Shown here in pieces: positions 1 through 8,095 of a DNA stretch of 64,000 nt. The notes under the pieces were generated by a model. It searched no databases. It saw only the letters and a program-made list of their open reading frames with translations, and was not told where the DNA came from. How positions within the stretch are numbered: the stretch's first letter is position 1; each line of letters begins with the position of its first letter. The translations under genes and the position numbers were made by a program. Location: sequence record MZ475897.1; one strand, given 5' to 3'.

Positions 1-78
1 ATAGGTGCTGCATAGCGGACTTGCGAATGTTTTCCTGTATAACAGCTCCAGCAGAAACGAATAGCATACAAGCTCCTA

Positions 79-119
79 AAACGAAAGAGGGCAGACACCT
101 TTCGATGCCCACCCTTTAG
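79..119 (-). terminator. Rho-independent terminator
   Basis: Minus strand GGGTGGGCATC-GAAA-GGTGTCTGCCC followed by TCTTTCGTTTT, directly after the stop of 121..702. Confidence 0.7.
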
Positions 120-120
120 A

Positions 121-702
121 TCACACGAGCAGGCGTCCTGCGATAGTGATCGCCACACCGTTAAGCGTAGTATCAGCAGTATCAGGCGCAACGATGCGAA
201 GCTGATCACCAGATACGAGAATGATTTCCTGATCTTGGTAAGCAGCAAGCGGAGCAAATACGCCAGATTTTGAACCAGCACCGAATGAGACGGTACCAAG
301 CTGGATAACAGCCGCAGTTGCAGAGTCATACGCGCTGATCTTAAAAGCAGAAGCAGCGGTAGCAGCAACGTCGGCAGTAGCCAGAGAACCTGCAAAGTTT
401 TTAGTGATAGCTGTTGTGCGCACAGAGAGGAAACGAGAAATCTCCTGGCCACCAGCGTAACGCTTGAGCACGTTCATGCCCAAGTCGTATGGGTTGTATG
501 ATTGTAGTTGATTAACCCACTTTGCTCGCACTTGGCTATACACGTATAAGCCAGGCTGGTTAGCACCAGACACAGCAGTCAGGTTCCACACGCGGCCGTT
601 AGTCGGGCTAGCAGGGAAAGTTGGGCCAGAAGAATTGGGATCACCTGGGGCGCGAACAATCTGAGAGTTCACACCTGCAAGCTGTAGACCGTAAGATAAC
701 AT
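121..702 (-). CDS. Putative virion fibre-associated protein
   Basis: 193-aa ORF, co-oriented, with an N-terminal FPASPTNGRVW motif and a beta-rich C-terminus; ends the fibre cluster. Confidence 0.6.
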   Translation of the reverse strand: MLSYGLQLAGVNSQIVRAPGDPNSSGPTFPASPTNGRVWNLTAVSGANQPGLYVYSQVRAKWVNQLQSYNPYDLGMNVLKRYAGGQEISRFLSVRTTAITKNFAGSLATADVAATAASAFKISAYDSATAAVIQLGTVSFGAGSKSGVFAPLAAYQDQEIILVSGDQLRIVAPDTADTTLNGVAITIAGRLLV

Positions 703-713
703 CAGTATTCTCC

Positions 714-935
714 TTAGGCGATTCGCACTTCACCAGTCACCGCGTACGGGAAGGTAATCTTAACAGTGTCCGAGTCAACGATGACTACATCCAGCGGCAG
801 CACTTGATGTAACTTACCATCAGGTTGCATAGTGCAAGTAGTCACGGCGACAGGACGCCCGAAGTTGTGCAGAATCGTCCATTCAGAAGCAGGCGTGTCT
901 TGCTTGAAGCTACGCCCCATCGAATAGTTGAGCAT
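714..935 (-). CDS. Small protein made of one W-x-(I/V)-x-H-N-(L/F)-G module
   Basis: GAGG SD 5 nt upstream; the module is also found in neighbouring ORFs. Confidence 0.7.
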   Translation of the reverse strand: MLNYSMGRSFKQDTPASEWTILHNFGRPVAVTTCTMQPDGKLHQVLPLDVVIVDSDTVKITFPYAVTGEVRIA

Positions 936-956
936 AAGAGCCTCGCGATTGTGGCG

Positions 957-1553
957 TTAGTACAGGATTACAGTGCCAGACTCAGGATTGTCGAAGGTAA
1001 TCGTCAACTGGCTGGTGCTGTCATGCACGATAGACTTAGGCTGTACTTCGTTCGCACCTTGATAGATACGCACCGCAGGGTTATAACCGAGATTATGCAC
1101 AACAACCCACGTAGCCAGATTCTCATAAGATGCAGTGAATGCAACGGTAGGAGTAGGCAGACCTGACTCAACGCCAGACAACAGTACAGCAGTACCGGCC
1201 ACGGCAGAAGGGAAGAGGACAACGATGTTGTTAGCATCATCAGCGTGAATTGAAGATGGCTGCACCACGTCACCATTCTCATCGTAGCACTGTACGATAG
1301 GCGTAGCGGTATTCATCTTGTGGTTAATCTCCCAACGAGACGAGGCAGTAGGTTGCGAGTAGCGAACCATAGTCATCTGTTGAGTTAATGGAACCCAGAC
1401 AGGAACATCTTCGATAGACACGCAGAACATCAGACGCTTGTCCATGAAGATAGCCATACCAGGCTTAGGGTTAAGAGGCCAGTCAGTCGCTACGTCAAAC
1501 GCGAAGTTAGCAAGTGAGCCAAACTCTAAATCAAGAGTCCCTAGGACTTTCAT
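957..1553 (-). CDS. Fibre-associated protein with two tandem HNLG-type modules
   Basis: WEINHKMN and WVVVHNLG repeats; N-terminus resembles that of 1617..3236. Confidence 0.7.
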   Translation of the reverse strand: MKVLGTLDLEFGSLANFAFDVATDWPLNPKPGMAIFMDKRLMFCVSIEDVPVWVPLTQQMTMVRYSQPTASSRWEINHKMNTATPIVQCYDENGDVVQPSSIHADDANNIVVLFPSAVAGTAVLLSGVESGLPTPTVAFTASYENLATWVVVHNLGYNPAVRIYQGANEVQPKSIVHDSTSQLTITFDNPESGTVILY

Positions 1554-1573
1554 AAATCTTTCTCCTGAGAGGT

Positions 1574-1603
1574 AAAAGGGGCAGGCAGAAGCCCACCCCT
1601 TTT
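1574..1603 (-). terminator. Rho-independent terminator, possibly bidirectional
   Basis: Minus strand AAAAGGGGTGGGC-TTCT-GCCTGCCCCTTTT. Confidence 0.75.
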
Positions 1604-1616
1604 GTTTGTGTCGTTA

Positions 1617-3236
1617 TTACTCAGCCGGAGTATAAGCGTTCGCACCAGTAACGAATGCGATTGCCACTTTCTTCTCGGTGGTCAGTTCAACACGCAGCGT
1701 GTTAGCGTCAACAAACACGACCTCATCAGGGATGATCTGATAGCCGGTATCATCAACGACGGTAACGGTACCGTATTTGACGCCTGCATTGTGTGCGAAG
1801 GTGTGAGTGGTATTAGCCACGTCACCGCTTGCAGTTTTGTCGTACTGGTACAGCTTAGCAGCAGAACCGCTTGAGCCAGCAGCAATCGCATCGTCAACAT
1901 ATTTCTTGCTGACAACAGACTCATCAACCAGCGCTTCGGTGCCGGTCAGAGTAAGGGCTTCGACAGCGCCGCCTTCACCAGCGATGAAACCAGCGCTTTT
2001 TAAGGCGTCTTGGTCCACGATGATTTTGCTGTTGGTAGTGTCCTGTTTCAGGCCAGTACCCAGAGCAGCGCCTGCGATCTGCGCATAACCAACGCCACCG
2101 TCAGTGATTGCCAGACCATCAGCAGTACGTGACAGAGTAGCGCCGTCCAGCTTAACGCGAGTAGCACCAGCGTTATCCTCCAGGCCACCAGCAGCGTCCA
2201 GCTTAGCAGTAACAGCGTTGCCTGTAATTTCGATACCAGCACCAGTAACCACGTTAACGACGTTAGCAGCTTTCTCCAAACCGTTACCGGCGTTGAAGTC
2301 AGAAGCGCCGCCGAAGGTAGTCCACTGAGTAGCGTCGAAGCGACGGTATTCTTTGATGCTCTTAACCCACGTTACAGCACCACCAGCTTCGCTGTCGGCT
2401 GGGTTGAATACAACAACGAACGCAGTGCCATTGTAACGCACGATAGCGTTATCAACCAGGCCGCTGATAGTACCGAAGTTCGGGTTAACAGTGTCTGCAT
2501 CGAGGATGATGTACTGCTTACCGTTCTCCAGCACAGGGTCGAGGGTGCCGTCAGTCTGAATGTCATCAGAATCGTGCAGCCAATCGATACCAGCGATAGC
2601 GTTGTCAATGTCGATCTTACGAGCGGCATCGTTCGCGTTTGCAGGCGCGGCCAGGTTGGTGATGGTGTTACCGTCAGCGTTCAGGTCACCAGTCAGAACA
2701 CCAGCGCCTGCGTCCAGCTTACCTGCCAGAGCAGTTTCGTTGGCGTCAGATTTGTTCTTGACTGCGGTGATCTGAGTCTGGATAGAAGAGGTAGCACCCT
2801 TCAAATAACCCAGTTCAGTTGCAGTAACATCGCTGGTTTCCAGAGTGCTGTCAGCGCCTGCAAACACAACGGCGTTTTCAGTCAGGCCAGACAGTTTATC
2901 CTGCTTACCACTGATAACGGTTTCAACGTGCTTCTTACTAACAGCAGCGTTATCTTCTGACGCGCTCTGGTCTGGACCAGACAGCAGCAGATCGGCAGTC
3001 ATGGCTACGGTACCGTCAGCGAGGATAACACCCTCTACAGAACCACCGCCTTCACCCAGCTCTTTGATTGCCGTACCGTCGAAGTATTTATACTTCTTGT
3101 CTGTGGTGTTATACCACATGCGCCCTTCCTGTGCGGCAACCAAGTCACCTACAGCAGGGTCAGCGGCAAGTTGTTCCGGGCGGAAGTTCTTGAGCTGGGC
3201 ACCTAACATCAGTTCAATATTACCAGTACGCATCAT
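1617..3236 (-). CDS. Putative tail or whisker fibre protein (YadA-neck-like motifs, coiled coil, C-terminal HNLG-type module)
   Basis: 539 aa; AAVSKKHVE, DAARKIDID and VVSKKYVD motifs; Gly/Ala-rich shaft; AGGAG SD. Confidence 0.7.
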   Translation of the reverse strand: MMRTGNIELMLGAQLKNFRPEQLAADPAVGDLVAAQEGRMWYNTTDKKYKYFDGTAIKELGEGGGSVEGVILADGTVAMTADLLLSGPDQSASEDNAAVSKKHVETVISGKQDKLSGLTENAVVFAGADSTLETSDVTATELGYLKGATSSIQTQITAVKNKSDANETALAGKLDAGAGVLTGDLNADGNTITNLAAPANANDAARKIDIDNAIAGIDWLHDSDDIQTDGTLDPVLENGKQYIILDADTVNPNFGTISGLVDNAIVRYNGTAFVVVFNPADSEAGGAVTWVKSIKEYRRFDATQWTTFGGASDFNAGNGLEKAANVVNVVTGAGIEITGNAVTAKLDAAGGLEDNAGATRVKLDGATLSRTADGLAITDGGVGYAQIAGAALGTGLKQDTTNSKIIVDQDALKSAGFIAGEGGAVEALTLTGTEALVDESVVSKKYVDDAIAAGSSGSAAKLYQYDKTASGDVANTTHTFAHNAGVKYGTVTVVDDTGYQIIPDEVVFVDANTLRVELTTEKKVAIAFVTGANAYTPAE

Positions 3237-3257
3237 GTTCTCCTAGTGCGTGGGGGA

Positions 3258-4001
3258 TTAGAAAAACTGACCGTCACATTCACCAAGACTGCAACGCAGT
3301 TCCTGGTATGCAGCGATCCGTTGTTCAATTACATTAATAAACTTGTCATCAATATCATACTTCACACGAAGCGGAGCATCATATCCTTCTAAGAGGCCGT
3401 GACGTCGATACGCATCTGCACGGAGCAGCGGTGCGCTAACGTGAGCACGTTCCATAATGCTTAAATCTATCTTATCGGCATAGATGAACGGCCGCTCTCG
3501 TTTACACAGAAGGTAATCGATCTCGTGTAAATTAAAGAGTGTGAAATTCATATAGCCAATAATGAACTCCGCAATCAAACGAAAACTATCTGCCATATCT
3601 GCACTCAGATTGTGAGCGAGTATGGGTTCTATGTGTGGTTGCAGTTCAGTACGCATGTCGTACCAAGCTTCACACAGAACAGCAGGGAAGTCTTCAGGGT
3701 GAGCGGCCATAAGACCCATCACCCCTTTCTCCATATCTGCGAATGAGCTTAAAAGATTAGCGGTATCTTCAGGTGTTTCAATACCGCGACCCGTTGAAAT
3801 GAACTGGCATTCAATTTCTCTCAACCAAGACTCGGACGCAGATAGGTATTGGAGAAGTGTCTCCCGCGCGCCAGCCGAAAACTCATGTCGGTCAGACTCA
3901 AGAGCCTGGTCCAACAAGAAGGCTTTAGCTTTGTAGAAGTCACTATAGCGTTCAGCGGTAAAGCGGCGGAACGCTATATTATTTCTCAAATAGCCTATCA
4001 T
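3258..4001 (-). CDS. Hypothetical alpha-helical protein
   Basis: 247-aa ORF coupled to the upstream gene by an ATGA overlap. Confidence 0.6.
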   Translation of the reverse strand: MIGYLRNNIAFRRFTAERYSDFYKAKAFLLDQALESDRHEFSAGARETLLQYLSASESWLREIECQFISTGRGIETPEDTANLLSSFADMEKGVMGLMAAHPEDFPAVLCEAWYDMRTELQPHIEPILAHNLSADMADSFRLIAEFIIGYMNFTLFNLHEIDYLLCKRERPFIYADKIDLSIMERAHVSAPLLRADAYRRHGLLEGYDAPLRVKYDIDDKFINVIEQRIAAYQELRCSLGECDGQFF

Positions 4002-4501
4002 CGCAATTTCCTCAGATCATTCGACTCCGAAGCGCCTAAGCCGGGCGGAGCCGTATACAACGAACTGGAGAGGCTCTGCAATCTTAGCCCTAGCTTCTCT
4101 AGCTCATGTTGATTACCATCAAGACGGCCTAACACTTCACGCATTAGGTCAACTGACTCCTGATGGTCACGGGACTGCTGTGATATAATCCGCTCAAACC
4201 GCTGAACTGCTCGAAGAACTGAGTTCAATCCCTCTTTAAGATCTATATTGTCGACCTGCGTGGTTTCCGAAAACTCATTAAGGGCTTTGAGGACCTGCGC
4301 TAGTTCTGCTTCTAGTGACTCACCATCGAGCACTACGGGATTTGCTTCTAACTCGGCTAACTTCTCTTTGACCCGTTCATAGTCCTGCATGTCGGGAATG
4401 ACTTTCCACCAGTAAAAGCCAGCTCCTGCAATGAGAAGAACTACTGACAGGACAGTTGCGAAGTTGGACGCAAGCACTTGTCCTAGTATTTCAGCCCACA
4501 T
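3998..4501 (-). CDS. Membrane-anchored coiled-coil protein (holin- or spanin-like architecture)
   Basis: Hydrophobic FATVLSVVLLIAGAGFYWW segment followed by a heptad-like helical region. Confidence 0.55.
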   Translation of the reverse strand: MWAEILGQVLASNFATVLSVVLLIAGAGFYWWKVIPDMQDYERVKEKLAELEANPVVLDGESLEAELAQVLKALNEFSETTQVDNIDLKEGLNSVLRAVQRFERIISQQSRDHQESVDLMREVLGRLDGNQHELEKLGLRLQSLSSSLYTAPPGLGASESNDLRKLR

Positions 4502-4506
4502 TTCTT

Positions 4507-4791
4507 CTAACCCTTACAGGCTCGGTCATTGAGTTCGATAATAACTCGCTGTGCGCCTGGTTCGTTTACATCAGTGGTTTTATACGTGTGCGCCATCTTT
4601 GGCTTGAACTCTAAGCAGCTCTGTCCGTATCGTCCGTCAACGACGCAGATAGCAGACAGGCAGCTCACATCTTCCTTGAGGATTCTCGATTCAGGATCTG
4701 GGTTGACACTTCTAACGGCCGTGACAATAAGCGACACAAAGGCCAAGGCAATGCCAACCAAAATCACAATCTTGATTTTCCCGGCGTTCAT
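4507..4791 (-). CDS. Small membrane-anchored protein with four Cys
   Basis: Basic N-terminus, TM segment IVILVGIALAFVSLIVTAV, Cys-containing C-terminal domain. Confidence 0.6.
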   Translation of the reverse strand: MNAGKIKIVILVGIALAFVSLIVTAVRSVNPDPESRILKEDVSCLSAICVVDGRYGQSCLEFKPKMAHTYKTTDVNEPGAQRVIIELNDRACKG

Positions 4792-4822
4792 TTCGCTCTA
4801 TCCAGTTGAATTTTGATAGGAG

Positions 4823-4830
4823 AAATTAGC
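4823..4830 (-). promoter_or_regulatory. GCTAATTT motif, candidate phage late promoter
   Basis: Intergenic, 31 nt upstream of the 4791 start; recurs at five other intergenic sites. Confidence 0.5.
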
Positions 4831-4852
4831 GACCGCGCAGATCCTAAACGGG

Positions 4853-5890
4853 TTATTCATCCAATACTCCACTTATATCTTGGAACATGTTTTTATACAC
4901 GAGGCTACCTCCAAGTTTGTCCAGTCGTTCAATCGAAACATACATGTGCGGTTCTGTATTCACCTGTGCCCACTTGTTGTCTGTACTCAGGTTTTCCAAA
5001 GAAGGAATAAGAACGATGCTCAAGTTATCAGAAGCCCTAACGAAAGCCACATCGATATGATTCTTATTGATTCGAATGATGTATCGGTTGATTGCGTCCA
5101 AACCAACCGTGCGATTGAACTCTACATCACTGACTGTATTCACCAAACTAATAAGGAAGCCTTTCGGGCGACTGTTTATGTCGAACAGCGAACTCTTCAA
5201 CTCAGAGAGGGTAGTAGCCGAGAAGTGTTGAACATCATGGCCCTTGCCTCTTAGACACTCACCCAAGATGCGACTCGATTCAATGTGCGCGGTGTTGTCA
5301 TCACGCATGATATAAATCGGTGCACCTCTGTTGTATGTGCGCTCGGTAATCTGCTGTATCAGGTCGCATGTAGGCTCCGTAACAGTAGACAGGCCTTTAT
5401 ACGCAATAACAAACTTGTCCTTGTACAGGTCGTAAATCTCAGGCGGCATGTACTTCATGTAATCATCATCAAGGCTCAAAATCAATCGAGGCTTAACGAG
5501 AGGAATCACAAGCTGCACAGACCGCAGAGCGTCCTTGTACTCCGTGTCCGATAGCACACGGTTTATAGGTAGGTACTGCACAGTCACATACGGGTCAGAG
5601 CCTGTATCGACGATAGAGCGAACGGCTGTGCTGCCTACATTAGGACCTGCGGAGAACTGAGTGATAATCATCAAACTGTTTTGGCCTAAGCCACCGCCAC
5701 CAGCAACTGTAGTAGCACTACCATCTGCATTCTGGACTGTCTTAGAGCGCGTCAGCGTTGGCGCTACTCGGTCGTCTCGTCCGTTATCGGCATATACATT
5801 AACTGCGCAACACCAGAGACAGCTTCCAAGAACGTAAGCAGCAATACGTTGTCGGGATCTGCGTCTGCCGGGTTGACGGTGTCCGGCCAT
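4853..5890 (-). CDS. Secreted protein resembling a periplasmic-binding or sensor domain
   Basis: AAGGAG SD 8 nt before the ATG; signal-peptide pattern ending VYA-D; VQYLPINR...PRLILSLDDD pattern recalls periplasmic sensor domains. Confidence 0.55.
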   Translation of the reverse strand: MAGHRQPGRRRSRQRIAAYVLGSCLWCCAVNVYADNGRDDRVAPTLTRSKTVQNADGSATTVAGGGGLGQNSLMIITQFSAGPNVGSTAVRSIVDTGSDPYVTVQYLPINRVLSDTEYKDALRSVQLVIPLVKPRLILSLDDDYMKYMPPEIYDLYKDKFVIAYKGLSTVTEPTCDLIQQITERTYNRGAPIYIMRDDNTAHIESSRILGECLRGKGHDVQHFSATTLSELKSSLFDINSRPKGFLISLVNTVSDVEFNRTVGLDAINRYIIRINKNHIDVAFVRASDNLSIVLIPSLENLSTDNKWAQVNTEPHMYVSIERLDKLGGSLVYKNMFQDISGVLDE

Positions 5891-6588
5891 AATACTTCTC
5901 CTTTCTCGTCAGTGACATAAGGAATACCGGCGCCTTTACCCAATCCATGACGTAAGGCCCATACGGTGTCGGCATTCTCTTGAACGAACACAAGACCATG
6001 CACCTGTGCTTTATCCCCTGTCTGCTCAAGCGCTGTCACACGACTATCGAGTAACTGCGTTTGCGATTGGAGAGCACGAATCGATGCAAGGTTGGAGTTA
6101 ACACGCGTGTTCATATTGTTGAACATGGTGAAGAAGCTGTTGTTCATCGCAGTACGGACGCTGTCCGTGTACGACTTAGGAATCAGCTCATTGCTGTCAA
6201 ACGTTGTTGCGCCCGGTCGAACGAATACCTTACCTTGAAGTGTACCGCCGCTCGCACTGATAATCTGAGGTGCAGGCAGATCAGCTGCATCCCAAGTCTG
6301 AACAGTGTTCATCACAGTAGCGTAGTCCGTTTCCTCCTGCCACGTATTCTTGTACGGGCTGGTGGCTGTTTTAGACTTGCGGCGTAACACTTTCTTGTAG
6401 CTGGCGTTGGCACCATCAGCAATGATCCAGAGACCGTTCAGAGGGAATGTATGCGTAACAGGTTCAGCAAACGCCAGTATGATAATGACGTCCGCTCCTA
6501 CCTTATACACAATATCATTCGACGCCGAAAGTCCCTGCTGTTGCGCAAGGCTTACGAGCGTGTCCACATAGTTAGTCAACTGGCTCAT
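5764..6588 (-). CDS. Fibre-associated protein with coiled coil and C-terminal HNLG-type module
   Basis: PKSYTD neck motif, heptad stretch, WALRHGLG module. Confidence 0.65.
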   Translation of the reverse strand: MSQLTNYVDTLVSLAQQQGLSASNDIVYKVGADVIIILAFAEPVTHTFPLNGLWIIADGANASYKKVLRRKSKTATSPYKNTWQEETDYATVMNTVQTWDAADLPAPQIISASGGTLQGKVFVRPGATTFDSNELIPKSYTDSVRTAMNNSFFTMFNNMNTRVNSNLASIRALQSQTQLLDSRVTALEQTGDKAQVHGLVFVQENADTVWALRHGLGKGAGIPYVTDEKGEVLWPDTVNPADADPDNVLLLTFLEAVSGVAQLMYMPITDETTE

Positions 6589-7048
6589 CCGAAACTCCTA
6601 AGGTTTTTAGAATTGAAGAACTTCTATCGGAGAAGGCTTTTGCAATTGACAGAGCAGCAGCCTTATCGATAACGATTGTGCTGATAACGCCTTTGGTGTT
6701 GCATACGATTGTTTGAGGAGCGTAGTCAACACAAGCTAAGGCGAATAGCAGATGATTACCGAGTTCACCACTGATACAAACGTCTACGTCGAGGTCAGGC
6801 ACGTAAACGTTCTGGTTAATCTCAGAAATAAACTGCGCCAGCGCAACGGGATCAAACTTAGGAGGCGCTGTATCGTATTCCGCAATCAAGTCAATCTGTT
6901 TGGTTGCGGGATCGTATTCAAATGCGTTAATGTCCGAGATGATACGACCAAAGAGTTCGTTGCTTACTTCAATGCAATACTCATCAGACTTCTCACGGAC
7001 GCGACCAACTACCTTGTTAGTCGCTGGGTTGATACGAATGATTGGCAT
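6572..7048 (-). CDS. Putative fibre assembly chaperone (DUF4376-like)
   Basis: 158 aa, downstream of a collagen fibre gene; architecture resemblance only. Confidence 0.4.
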   Translation of the reverse strand: MPIIRINPATNKVVGRVREKSDEYCIEVSNELFGRIISDINAFEYDPATKQIDLIAEYDTAPPKFDPVALAQFISEINQNVYVPDLDVDVCISGELGNHLLFALACVDYAPQTIVCNTKGVISTIVIDKAAALSIAKAFSDRSSSILKTLGVSDEPVD

Positions 7049-7050
7049 AA

Positions 7051-7872
7051 TTAGTCGCCCTCTGCACTATACCAGAAGTCCCAGCCGACAACGTTTGTGC
7101 CAGTAGACTTAATGGTGAAGCCACCCAACAGGGCGTTCTCGTTCATCGCACTTGTACCATCCAGATTATATAGCTGGAATGTCCGAGATTGATTGGTTGC
7201 AGTATTGACGAACGTGATTTGCACAGACACACAGCGGTTGATGAACGGGCTGTTGAAGATAACGTTAATCGTATCAGTAGTGGATGTATTCACCACACGA
7301 CCAAAGTTCTTCGTGTAACCAGTGTTCAGATCGCGGTCGCTACCAATCCATGCGTTAGGAATAGGCTGACCTGTGATAGGGTCAAGCGCTTGTGCTACGA
7401 GATACTCATTGATAGCAGCATCACGTCCTGCATTACCAGTAGGACCAGTTGGGCCTGTAGGACCCACACCGCCTGTGTTACCTGTAGCGCCGACAGGGCC
7501 TGTGTTACCAGTAGGACCTTGACGGCCACGCTGACCACGAGGGCCAGGACAACCGTCTTCACCATCAGCACCATCACGACCATCAGCACCAGGCAGGCCA
7601 CGTAGACCGTCTTTACCCTGCTTACCTTCCTTGCCTGACTTCAACTGGTCAGCAGTAGGCAGGCCAGGCACTGTGCTCTGACTGCCGTCTGGCCATACAA
7701 TAGTAAGCGTACCACTCACTGGGTCGAACTGTACGCCTTGTGATCCCGGAATGTTAGCTGCCTCTGTCGGGTCAATAAACGCAACAGAGTTCAGCGTTTG
7801 TTTGCCGAGAACTTTACCGACAGGAAATGCACCGCCATCGATTAGTCCCGGACTTATTTTCTGCAAAGACAT
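7051..7872 (-). CDS. Collagen-like fibre protein A
   Basis: Gly-X-Y run of about 25 triplets; FDPVSGTLTI...GLPT N-module; beta-rich C-terminal head. Confidence 0.85.
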   Translation of the reverse strand: MSLQKISPGLIDGGAFPVGKVLGKQTLNSVAFIDPTEAANIPGSQGVQFDPVSGTLTIVWPDGSQSTVPGLPTADQLKSGKEGKQGKDGLRGLPGADGRDGADGEDGCPGPRGQRGRQGPTGNTGPVGATGNTGGVGPTGPTGPTGNAGRDAAINEYLVAQALDPITGQPIPNAWIGSDRDLNTGYTKNFGRVVNTSTTDTINVIFNSPFINRCVSVQITFVNTATNQSRTFQLYNLDGTSAMNENALLGGFTIKSTGTNVVGWDFWYSAEGD

Positions 7873-7882
7873 GGGCTAGCTC

Positions 7883-8086
7883 CTAACCAGTCAGTGTTGT
7901 CCAATCAGGTTGGCCTGATTGACCCGCTTCGGGATTCTTAACTTTCGTGTTGTTGATTGTCATACGAATCCAACGCACAGTACCGTCAGAATCCTGCCAG
8001 CGAATCTTCGTTCCACCGTATGCTAAATTAGCTACCCATCTGTCTCTGCTAGGGTCTTTGAAAGCAAGACGTGCATAAGCAGGCAT
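7883..8086 (-). CDS. Small Trp-rich fibre adaptor-like protein
   Basis: 67 aa; resembles the N-terminal 55 aa of 11013..13034. Confidence 0.5.
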   Translation of the reverse strand: MPAYARLAFKDPSRDRWVANLAYGGTKIRWQDSDGTVRWIRMTINNTKVKNPEAGQSGQPDWTTLTG

Positions 8087-8095
8087 AAGTTCTCC

